A program made the position numbers and the translations under genes. The notes under the pieces are model-generated. The model made no database searches. It was not told where the DNA came from and worked only from the letters and a program-made list of their open reading frames with translations. From assembly GCF_902713615.1 (NCBI RefSeq), contig NC_052158.1:35009990-35073989 (forward strand): a DNA stretch of 64,000 nucleotides, in the 5' to 3' direction. This DNA is from Scyliorhinus canicula (taxonomy: Eukaryota). Below are positions 1 to 10,563 of the stretch, in pieces (position 1 is the first letter of the stretch; each line of letters begins with the position of its first letter).

Positions 1-162
1 TGGGCACAGTAAGAAACCTTACAACACCAGGATATGTCCAACAGGTTTGTTTTGAATCACTAGCTTTCGGAGCACAGCTCCTTCATCAGGTGATGTGCTC
101 CGAAATCTAGTGATTCGAAACAAACCTGTTGGACTTTAACCTGCTGTTGCAAGACTTCTTAC
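1..162 (-). mobile_element. Penelope-like element terminal remnant with inverted arm (unit 1)
   Basis: Arms of about 66 bp (gtaagaaacc...cggagcac and gtgctccga...cttcttac) flank a 19-nt loop. The same terminus recurs at 19298 and ~33900 next to hammerhead cores. Family assignment is from recognition, not a search. Confidence 0.7.
56..94 (-). ncRNA. Minimal type I hammerhead ribozyme motif
   Basis: Minus strand reads AUCAC CUGAUGA A GGAGC-UGU-GCUCC GAA AGCU A GUGAU: 5-bp stem I, intact core, 5-bp stem II, palindromic AGCU stem III and a CUA cleavage triplet. Confidence 0.75.
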
Positions 163-840
163 GATGGCAATGGGATATAGCCCGGGCCATGAGGTTGTGG
201 TTTTTCACAATTCAGCTCATGACCCACGGCACAGTATCTCATTATATGGCTCCGTGTCATAATTTTTTGATTTATGACACTGGTTTGAATTGCCTTGGCA
301 TGGTTTACTTTGCTAAAGGTACGATAGAAAGGAAAGTGGTTGTTACTGATATATACAGGATCTTCAGGGACCAAAGGACAAGGTCATAATAGGTAAAACC
401 TTGCGTCAGAACACAACGGGATACTATTAATTTTGATCACTGCGAGTCCCTTAGTTTTGTAATTATAATGTCTCCTTATCACGGTGTGTGAGAGTCCTCA
501 AGGAACAGAGGGAGGCTCTGTTGTTCCTGTGACTCCCGTTGGAAGCTCCCAGGACGGAGGGTCAATATTGGGCTTTGTGTGACCTGTAGCAGCCATCTTT
601 TAGTTTCACAAAAGATTTCACCCTCACCCTGGAGATTGTAGCAACTCCTGAAGGCAACTCAATTCCAACTGCCCACGGGCAAATTGTGAGGGGTAATACA
701 TTGACAACAATTTGTCTATTGTGTTTGCGGCAGTGACTTTAATTCAAAAGGACAAATGTTTGATCGAGTGAACACTGGGACCCCCTGAGGTGACGAAAGA
801 CACAATGCCAAAGTAAATTTGTTATTTCTTTCCCTTCCAG

Positions 841-1179
841 TCCCATTTACAGTGAAAGGGCCAGACTCCCTCACTGTGGCCCACTTGGGTGAGGATGTGG
901 TCCTCAGCTGTTTGGTGGTCCCCTTCACGCAGGACATGAAGCTGTGGGTCGAATGGAAGGATCTGGACACCAGAGCCACGATCCTGATGTGCGAGAGCGA
1001 TCGGACAGAGCCGTGCCAGGCCCTCGGGGGCAGAGCCCACCTCTTCGTGGGTCAGCCGGCGGCTGGAAACGTGTCAATCGGACTACGAGGGGTGAAGGAA
1101 TCTGACACTGGGACGTATCGGTGCACTGTCAGCTCCGATGGCCAGTCCAGCCACGTGGATATGGAGCTCACCGTTGTCG
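841..1179 (+). CDS. Butyrophilin-like gene, IgV exon copy 1 (113 codons, phase 1-1)
   Basis: Acceptor tttcccttccag, donor G|gtaag. Peptide FTVKGP...GEDVVLSC...W...GNVSI.L..V..SD.G.Y.C shows V-set and BTN/B7 motifs, with no stop. Confidence 0.92.
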
Positions 1180-1304
1180 GTAAGATGGTTGGTGTTAACT
1201 GTGGTGTGCCTGACCCTTACCCTAACCTCCCCCCCCCCCACCGCAATCAGTAACGATCGCCGAGTATTCTGCCGTCCTCGCCCCCGGCAACGACGAAAAT
1301 CAAA

Positions 1305-1481
1305 ATGAAATGAAAATGGCTTATTGTGACAAGCAGGCTTCAAGTGAAGTTACTGTGAAACGCCCATAGTCGCCACATTCCGGCGCCTGTTCCGGGAGGC
1401 TGGTACGGGAATTGAACTGTCCTGCTGGCCTATCTTGGTCTGTATTCAAAGCCAGCGATTTAGCCCTGTGCTAAACCAGCC
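1305..1481 (-). mobile_element. Short SINE-like element (copies at ~4625-4802, ~6815-6988, ~8220-8392)
   Basis: Minus-strand head ggggctggtttagcacag. It shares the 'gtcgccacattccggcgcctgttc...ttttcacagtaac' tail block with SINEs at ~17700 and ~47010. Confidence 0.65.
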
Positions 1482-2123
1482 CATCTCCATAATAAATAAA
1501 TCAATCCTTGAATATACATTACGCACCGGCGAGAAAAAGGAATATACTCTGACCCACTGGATACTTGAACCCCCAAGGATCTGCTCCCCCATCTCCTTCA
1601 TAAACACTGCCAATACCTCAAGACCCCCGCTCTCTTACTGGTCCACCCAATCCCCGCACATTCCATGTTACCATTCGGACTCTCTTCCCACCTCTCCCTC
1701 CTATCAGCCATGCCCACTCCATGGGGCATACCTAACCAGCCCCCCCGGCCCCCACCAACAACCTTCTAGGCCCACTGTTCTCCCAAAATGGCCCCTCCCA
1801 CCACCTGGCTCCCGCTCATTAGCCACCTTAAGTTTGCCAGCAAAGTGGCCCCACCAGAGCCCCTTCCCCCCGCCCCACGTACCGAACACAAAGACCATCA
1901 AAGAAACCACTCCCCACACAGCTCTTTTAAACAATCAAACATACTAAACACCACCCCAAGGGGAATAAAACCCGACCCGTTATCCCAACATCCCCAACCC
2001 AACCCCTCCCAACCACAACATAAGAAATTAAAGTTCAATCTCAGTTCAGTCCTTCAGCATTTACGATTGCCTGAGCCTTCACCGCCATCTCAAATAAATG
2101 TCCTTCGGTTTGAGGAAATGACG

Positions 2124-2313
2124 ATGTGGAGAAGCCGACGTTGATCTAGGGTGGGCACAGTAAGAAACCTTACAACACCAGGATAAGTCCAACAGGTTTG
2201 TTTTGAATCACTAGCTTTCGGAGCACAGCTCCTTCATCAGGTGATGTGCTCCGAAAGCTAGTGATTCGAAACAAATCTGTTGGACTTTAACCTGCTGTTG
2301 CAAGACTTCTTAC
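2124..2313 (-). mobile_element. Penelope-like remnant with inverted arm (unit 2)
   Basis: Same hairpin as 1-162, plus the terminal atgtggagaagccgacgttgatctagggtgggcacag. Confidence 0.7.
2207..2245 (-). ncRNA. Minimal hammerhead ribozyme motif (unit 2)
   Basis: Identical to 56-94. Confidence 0.75.
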
Positions 2314-2613
2314 GATGGCAATGGGATATAGGCCGGGCCATCAGGTTGTGGTTTTCACAATTCAGCTCATGACCCACGGCACAGTATCTCATTATATGGC
2401 TCCGTGTCATAATTTTTTGATTTATGACAGTTTGAATTGCCTTGGCATGGTTTACTCTGCTAAAGGTACTACAGAAAGGAAAGTGGTTGTTACTGATATA
2501 TACAGGATCTTCAGGGACCAAAGGACAAGGTCATAATAGGTAAAACCTTGCTTCGGAACACAACGGGATACTATTAATTTTGATCACTGCGAGTCCCTTA
2601 GTTTTGTAATTAT

Positions 2614-2845
2614 TATTTTTTTTTTTTTAATAAATTTAGATTACCCAATTATTTTTTCAATTAAGGGGCAATTTAGCGTGGCCAATCCACCTACTCTGCA
2701 CATCTTTGGGTTGTGGGGGTGAAACCCACGCAGACACGGGGAGAATGTGCAAACTCCACACGGACAGTGACCCAGAGCCGGGATCGAACCTGAGACCTCA
2801 GCGCCGTGAGGCAGTTGTGCTAACCACTAGGCCACCGTGCTGCCC
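2614..2845 (-). mobile_element. tRNA-derived SINE with A-rich tail and 15-bp target-site duplication
   Basis: Head gggcagcacggtggcctagtgg with A box, B box ggttcgatccc. TSD tagttttgtaattat at 2599-2613 and 2846-2860. Absent from units 1 and 3. Confidence 0.92.
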
Positions 2846-3234
2846 TAGTTTTGTAATTATAATGTCTCCTTATCACGGTGTGTGAGAGTCCTCAAGGAAG
2901 AGGGGGAAGCACTGTTGTTCCTGTGACTCCCTTTGGAAGCTCCCAGGACCTAGGGTCAATATTGGGCATTGTGTGACCTGTAGCAGCCATCTTTTAGTTT
3001 CAGAAAAGATTTCATCCTCACCCTGGAGATTGTAGCAACTCCTGAAGGCAACTCAATTCCACCTGCCCAAGGGCAAATTGTGAGGGGTAATACATTGACA
3101 AGAATTTGTCTGTTGTGTTTGCGGCAGTGACTTTAAATCAAAAGGACAAATGTTTGATCGAGTGAACACTGGGACCCCCTGAGGTGACGAAAGACACAAT
3201 GCCAAAGTAAATTTGTTATTTCTTTCCCTTCCAG

Positions 3235-3573
3235 TCCCATTTACAGTGAAAGGGCCAGACTCCCTCACTGTGGCCCACTTGGGTGAGGATGTGGTCCTCA
3301 GCTGTTTAGTGGTCCCCTTCACGCAGGACAGGAAGCTGTGGGTCGAATGGAAGGATCTGGACAACAAAGCCACGATCCTGACGTGCGAGAGCGATCGGAC
3401 AGAGCCGTGCCAGGCCCTCGGGGGCAGAGCCCACCTCTTCGTGGGTCAGCCGGCGGCTGGAAACGTGTCGATCGGACTACGAGGGGTGAAGAAATCTGAC
3501 GCTGGGACGTATCGGTGCACCGTCAGCTCGGATGGCCAGTCCAGCCACGTGGATATGGAGCTCGCCGTTGTCG
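3235..3573 (+). CDS. Butyrophilin-like gene, IgV exon copy 2
   Basis: Intact ag/gt, 339 nt, open frame. 11 nt differences from copy 1 (7 nonsynonymous, 4 synonymous by hand count). Confidence 0.9.
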
Positions 3574-3622
3574 GTAAGATGGTTGGTGTTAACTGTGGTG
3601 TGCCTGACCCTTACCCTAAACG

Positions 3623-3657
<35 letters not shown>

Positions 3658-5478
3658 ACCCAAAATCAGTGGCCAAGCATGCCAGCTCTAACTCAGTGGG
3701 TAGGCACTATCCCCTGAGATAGGAAGGTTACTGTTTTGTGTCCCACACTGGGCCGGTTAGTCAGTCAGTGCTGGGGAAACGAGAACATAGAATGTTGGGA
3801 AAAGCTTTGGGGGTTAGTAACACCTGTACGGGGTGAAAACAGAACTAATGTTTCCCGTCTGTCCTTAAACTCCACAGGTCCTGCCAGAACGGCTGAGATT
3901 TCCCTGGCTTTTCCTGTTTTTGTTTCAGATTCCAGCACCCGCAGTGCTTTGCTTATGTTAATGTTCTGGGAGGGGACACAGGTTCGATTCCCACCTCGTC
4001 AGCTGGTGGAAGTTAAATTTGAAAATTAATGACTTGAATGCTGGTTCAGCTGACGCTATCCGCTCTGCAATTCTTTTTTTTTAATATTTTAATTTGTTTT
4101 TTAACATTTCACACATAAAACAAAACACCCCCAACAAAAAGTATAGCAAAAGAATTCCTCCTTCTACCAACCACCCATATAGCTCAAACCACCCATCCCA
4201 AACCCCCCTCCCCCAAACCTACACCCCTCAGCAATTGACGGGAACCAACTCTTTAAAGTGAAGCATAAGTAGGCCCCATCTCTGATGGAACCCCTCAGTC
4301 ACTCCTTCTCAATATGCAGTAAGTCCATCAGGTTCCCCAGCCACACTGAGGCACAGGACCTCCACCCCAACAGGGCCCACCTTCAGCACCTCCTAAACCA
4401 CTGACAGCGCGACCTCCCCATTTGTATTGAACCTCACATAATCATCATTCACCTTTGCCACCCTAACACCAAAACACGGATCCGCGAGCAACCCCACATC
4501 CAACCTCCACACTGGCCTTTGTGCAGGCCCGTTCCCCAAGACCACATCCGCCTAGTGCGGAGCATGATCTGAAATAACGATCGCTGAGTATTCCGCCGTC
4601 CTCGCCCCCGACAACGATGAAAATGGAAATGAAAATCGCTTAGTGTCACAAGCAGTCTTCAAGTGAAGTTACTGTGAAACGCCCCTAGTCGCCACATTCC
4701 GGCGCCTGTTCCGGGAGGCTGGTATGGGAATTGAACTGTCCTGCTGGCCTGCCTTGGTCTGCTTTCAAAGCCAGCGATTTAGCCCTGTGCTAAACCAGCC
4801 CCTCTCCATAATAAATAAATCAATCCTTGAATATACATTACGCACCGGCGAGAAAAAGGAATATACTCTGACCCACTGGATACTTGAACCCCCAAGGATC
4901 TGCTCCCCCATCTCCTTCATAAACACTGCCAATACCTCAAGACCCCAGCTCTCTTACTGGTCAACCCAACCCCCGCACATTCCATGTTACCATTAGGACT
5001 CTCTTCCCACCTCTCCCTCCGATCAGCCATGACCACTCCATGGGGCATACCTAACCCCCCCCCACCAACAACCTTCTGGGCGCACCGTTCTCCCAAAATG
5101 GCCCCCGCCCCACCTGGCTCCCGCTCACTAGCCACCTTAAGTTTGCCAGCAAAGTGGCCCCACCAGAGCCCCCTCCCCCCGTCCCACGTACCGAACACAA
5201 AGACCATCAAAGAAACCACTCCCCACACAGCTCTTCTAAACAATCAAACATACTAAACACCACCCCAAGGGGAATAAAACCCGACCCATTATCCCTACAT
5301 CCCCAAGCCATTATCCCAACATCCCCAAGCCATTATCCCAACATCCCCAACCCAACCCCTTCCCAACCACAACATAAGAAATCAAACTTCAATCTCAGTT
5401 CAGTCCTTCAGCATTTACGATTGCCTGAGCCTTCACCGCCATCTCAAATAAATGTCCTTCGGTTTGATGGAAATGACA

Positions 5479-5668
5479 ATGTGGAGATGCCGACGTTGAT
5501 CTGGGGTGGGCACAGTAAGAAACCTTACAACACCAGGATAAGTCCAACAGGTTTGTTTCGAATCACTAGCTTTCGGAGCACAGCTCCTTCATCAGGTGAT
5601 GTGCTGCGAAAGCTAGTGATTCAAAACAAACCTGTTGGACTTTAACCTGCTGTTGCAAGACTTCTTAC
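5479..5668 (-). mobile_element. Penelope-like remnant with inverted arm (unit 3)
   Basis: Same as units 1 and 2. Confidence 0.7.
5562..5600 (-). ncRNA. Minimal hammerhead ribozyme motif (unit 3)
   Basis: Identical to 56-94. Confidence 0.75.
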
Positions 5669-6347
5669 GATGGCAATGGGATATAGTCCGGGCCATCAGG
5701 TTGTGGTTTTTCACAATTCAGCTCATGACCCACGGCACAGTATCTCATTATATGGCTCCGTGTCATAATTTTTTGATTTATGACACTGGTTTGAATTGCC
5801 TTGGCATGGTTTACTCTGCTAAAGGTACAATAGAAAGGAAAGTGGTTGTTACTGATATATACAGGATCCTCAGGAACCAAAGGACAAGGTCATAATAGGT
5901 AAAACCTTGCGTCGGAACACAACGGGATATTATTAATTTTGATCGCTGCGAGTCCCTTAGTTTTGTAATTATAATGTCTCCTTATCACGGTGTGTGAGAG
6001 TCCTCAAGGAAGAGGGGGAAGCTCTGTTGTTCCTGTGACTCGCGTTGGAAGCTCCCAGGACGGAGGGTCAATATTGGGCATTGTGTGACCTGTAGCAGCC
6101 ATCTTTTAGTTTCAGAAAAGATTTCACCCTCACCCTGGAGATTGTAGCAACTCCTGAAGGCAACTCAATTCCACCTGCCCAAGGGCAAATTGTGAGGGGT
6201 AATATATTGAAAAACTATTTGGCTGTTGTGTTTGCGGCAGTGACCTTAATTCAAAAGGACAAATGTTTGATCGAGTGAACACTGGGACCCCCTGAGGCAA
6301 CGAAAGACACAATGCCAAAGTAAATTTGTTATTTCTTTCCCTTCCAG

Positions 6348-6686
6348 TCCCATTTACAGTGAAAGGGCCAGACTCCCTCACTGTGGCCCACATGGGTGAG
6401 GATGTGGTCCTCAGCTGTTTGGTGGTCCCCTTCACGCAGGACATGAAGCTGTGGGTCGAATGGAAGGATCTGGACACCAGAGCCACGATCCTGATGTGCG
6501 AGAGCGATCGGACAGAGCCTTGCCAAGCCCTCGGGGGCAGAGCCCACCTCTTCGTGGGTCAGCCGGCGGCTGGAAATGTGTCGATCGGACTACGAGGGGT
6601 GAAGGAATCGGACGCTGGGACGTATCGGTGCACTGTCAGCTCCGTTGGCCAGTTCAGCCACGTGGATATGGAACTCGCCGTTGTCG
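6348..6686 (+). CDS. Butyrophilin-like gene, IgV exon copy 3
   Basis: Intact ag/gt, 339 nt, open frame. 11 nt differences from copy 1 (5 nonsynonymous, 6 synonymous by hand count). Confidence 0.9.
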
Positions 6687-7669
6687 GTAAGATGGTTGGT
6701 GTTAACTGTGGTGTGCCTGACCCTTACCCTAAAACCCCCCCCACCCGCAATCAGTAACGATCGCTGAGTATTCCGCCGTCCTCGCCCCCGGCAACGACGA
6801 AAATCAAAATGAAATGAAAATCGCTTATTGTCACAAGCAGGCTTCAAGTGAAGTTACTGTGAAACGCCCCTAGTCGCCACATTCCGGCGCCTGTTCGGGG
6901 AGGCTGGTACGGGAATTGAACTGTCCTGCTGGCCTGCCTTGGTCTGCTTTCAAAGCCAGCGATTTAGCCCTGTGCTAAACCAGCCCCTCTCCATAATAAA
7001 TAAATCAATCCTTGAATATACATTACGCACTGGCGAGAAAAAGGAATATACTCTGACCCACTGGATACTTGAACCCCCAAGGATCTGCTCCCCCATCTCC
7101 TTCATAAACACTGCCAATACCTCAAGACCCCCGCTCTCTTACTGGTTCACCCCAATCCCCGCACATTCCATGTTACCATTCGGACTCTCTTCCCACCTCT
7201 CCCTCCTATCAGCCATGCCCACTCCATGGGGCATACCTAAACGCTCCCCCCCCCACCCAAAATCAGTGGCCAAGCATGCCAGCTCTAAATCAGTGGGTAG
7301 GCACTATCCCCTGAGAAAAGAAGGTTACTGTTTTGTGTCCCACACTGGGCCGGTTAGTCAGTCAGCGCTGGGGAAACGAGAACAGAGAATGTTGGGAAAA
7401 GCTTTGGGGGTTAGTAACACCTGTACGGGGTGAAAACAGAGCTAACGTTTCCCGTCTGTCTTTAAACTCCACAGGTCCTGCCAGAACGGCTGAGATTCCC
7501 CTGGCGTTTCCTGTTTTTGTTTCAGATTCCAGCACCCGCAGTGCTTTGCTTATGTTAATGTTCTGGGAGGGGACACAGGTTCGAATCCCACCTCGTCAGC
7601 TGGTGGAAGTTAAATTTGAAAATTAATGACTTGAATGCTAGTTCAGCTGACGCTATCCGCTCTGCAATT

Positions 7670-10200
7670 CTTTTTTAAAAAAAATATTTTAATTTGTTTT
7701 TTAACATTTCACACATAAAACAAAACACCCCCAACAAAAAGTACAACAAAAGAATTCCTCCTTCTACCAACCACCCATATAGCTCAAACCACCCATCCCA
7801 AACCCCCCTCCCCCAAACCTACACCCCTCAGCAATTGACGGGAACCAACTCTTTAAAGTGAAGGATAAGTAGGCCCCATCTCTGATGGAACCCCTCAGTC
7901 ACACCTTCTCAATATGCAGTAAGTCCATCAGGTTCCCCAGCCACACTGAGGCACAGGACCTCCACCCCAACAGGGCCCACCTTCAGCACCTCCTAAACCA
8001 CTGACAGCGCGACCTCCCCATTTGTATTGAACCTCACATAATCATCATTCACCTTTGCCACCCTAACACCAAAACACGGATCCGCGAGCAACCCCACATC
8101 CAACCTCCACACTGGCCTTTGTGCAGGCCCGTTCCCCAAGACCACATCCGCCAAGTGCGGTGCAAGATCTGAAATAACGATCGCTGAGTATTCCGCCGTC
8201 CTCGCCCCCGACAACGATGAAAATGGCTTATTGTGACAAGCAGGCTTCAAGTGAAGTTACTGTGAAACGCCCCTAGTCGCCACATTCCGGCGCCTGTTCG
8301 AGGAGGCTGGTACGGGAATTGAACTGTGCTGCTGGCCTGCCTTGGTCTGTATTCAAAGCCAGCGATTTAGCCCTGTGCTAATCCAGCCCCTCCCCATAAT
8401 AAATAAATCAATCCTTGAATATACATTACGCACCGGCGAGAAAAAGGAATATACTCTGACCCACTGGATACTTGAACCCCCAAGGATCTGCTCCCCCATC
8501 TCCTTCATAAACGCTGCCAATACCTCAAGACCCCCGCTCTCTTACTGTCCACCCAATCCCCGCACATTCCATGTTACCATTCGGACTCTCTTCCCATCTC
8601 TCCCTCCTATCAGCCATGACCACTCCATGGGGCATACCTAACCCCCCCTCCCCCCGACCGACAACCTTCTAGGCCCACCGTTCTCCCAAAATGGCCCCCC
8701 GCCCCACCTCACAAATAGGACCAGGCCCTGCCCCAAGTCACTGTCAACCATCTACCCCTCCCCCCCACCCCCAATCCCAGAAATCCCCCAACCACTTCCT
8801 CTCGAAACTGCATACGCCCCGTCCCCCCCCACCAGTCACACCTCCCAGGCCCGCAGAAACCTGTCAACACAGTCTGGGCTGACCGCAGCCCCTCCCCCCA
8901 CCTGGCTCCCGCTCACTAGCCACCTTACGTTTGCCAGCGAAGTGGCCCCACCAGGGCCCCCTCCCCCCCACCCCACGTACCGAACACAAAGACCATCAAA
9001 GAAACCACTCCCCACACAGCTCTCCTAAACAATCAAACATACTAAACACCACCCCAAGGGGAATAAAACCCGACCCATTATCCCAACATCCCCAACCCAA
9101 CCCCTTCCCAACCACAACATAAGAAATCAAACTTCAATCTCAGTTCAGTCCCAGTCCTTCAGCTTTTACGATTGCCTGAGCCTTCTCCGCCATCTCAAAT
9201 AAATGTACTTCGAGTTGTAGGTAACTCTCTGCTTTGCTGGGTAGACCATCCAGAATTGAACATGACTCTTATACAGCACTGCCTTCGCTCTATTAAAGGC
9301 CGCCCACCGTTTTGCCAGCTCCACCGTGATGTCCTGGTATATACGAATACCACTGCCTTCCCTCACCTCTCGATTCTGCTTGGCACATCCCAAGACGTTC
9401 TCCTTCATCTGATAGCTGTGATCTGATAGGTGTGATCTGATAGCTGTGAAAACAGACTGTCACAGTTCTTGGTGGATCATTCATTTGGCTTCGGCCAGGG
9501 TGACCGATGAGCTCTATCCAGCTCAAAGAGGGAGGTGTTCTCCTTCTCCTCCCTCAATAACTTGGCAAACATCCCTGAAAAGTCTGCCTCAGGCCCTCCA
9601 GCCCCTCAGGCAGCCCCACAGTCCAACAATTCTGCCGCCGTGACCTGTTTTCCAGGTCCTCCACTTTGGCTCTCTCTCAGCGCTTTACTGCCCTCCACCT
9701 TCCGCAGCTCCTCTCCCATCGAGGAGAGCTGGTCACTGTGTCACGACGATGCCTCCTCTACCCCCTTCATCCCCTCACCATGCTCCCATACCATTCCCGA
9801 CGTCTTTACAAGAGCCTCCTTTATCGGGGCCAGCGTATCCTCCACCAGCTCTTTGAGCGTTCCCATCATCTCCATCTCATGTCGCTCCAAATACTTGGCA
9901 AACTGCCGCTCAAACTCCGCCGCCATCACCTCGGGTAGCGTGTCCACCGCAATGGGCACAACCCCACCCGGCGAGCTTGCTCCCAACATCTTTTCTCCCA
10001 CAGAACTCCGAACCAAACTCAGACCCCCAGGTGGACTAGCGCTCGTTCCTCTTCATGCCGTATTCTTTCATCGCGATTTCAACATCCTCTAATTCCCACA
10101 ACTTTACTGATGGCATCTTATTAGGGTTCCCCCTAAAACTAGATACAAGGGGTCAAAAAATGGGAACATTTGTGGGAGCCACCCTGCGACCTCCACCTGC
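7670..10200 (-). mobile_element. Internally deleted L1/Tx1-clade LINE (ORF1 remnants, pieces of ORF2, 3' tail)
   Basis: Minus ORFs 9741-10016 and 9166-9408 (GIRIYQDITVELAKR...KAVLYK...YPAK) resemble L1 ORF1. T-rich tail on the + strand at ~7670. Partial copies occur in units 1 and 2. Confidence 0.75.
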
Positions 10201-10212
10201 ATGTCATCGAAT

Positions 10213-10523
10213 CATAGAATTTACAGTGCAGATGGAGGCCATTCGGCCTATCGAGTCTGCACCGGTCCCCGGAAAGAGCACCCCCACTTAAGCCCACACC
10301 TCCACCCTACTCTTGTAACCCCACCCCTTTTTGGACACCTAGGGGCCATTTAGCATGGCCATTCCACCTAACCTGCACATCTTTGGACTGTGGGGGGAAA
10401 CCGGAGGAAACTCACTCACACACAGGGAGAACGTGCAGACTCCGTACAGACAGTGACCCAAGGCAGGAATCGAACCTGGGACCCTGGAGCTTTGAAGTAA
10501 CGGTGCTAACCACTGTGCTGTCA
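10213..10523 (-). mobile_element. tRNA-SINE
   Basis: Head with B box ccaggttcgattcc; tail ...gcactgtaaattctatg. Confidence 0.8.
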
Positions 10524-10563
10524 CCGGACGTTTGATTTGCCATCAGTAAGATCACGGTTGATC

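Larger units (their letters stand above)
1..9206 (+). repeat. Tandem segmental duplication, three units of about 2.1-3.7 kb, each with a Penelope hairpin, an IgV exon, a SINE and an L1 fragment
   Basis: The same blocks recur: hairpin at ~9, ~2160, ~5515 and IgV exon at 841, 3235, 6348. Units join at 'ccatctcaaataaatgt' (~2100, ~5455). The array may extend left of the window. Confidence 0.95.

Noticed and set aside
95-135. Second hammerhead on the + strand in the right hairpin arm
   Set aside because: It has only the GCUCCGAAA half and lacks CUGANGA.
716-979. Minus-strand ORFs overlapping each V exon (716-979, 3053-3373, 6130-6486)
   Set aside because: Antisense shadows, repeated only because the unit is duplicated.
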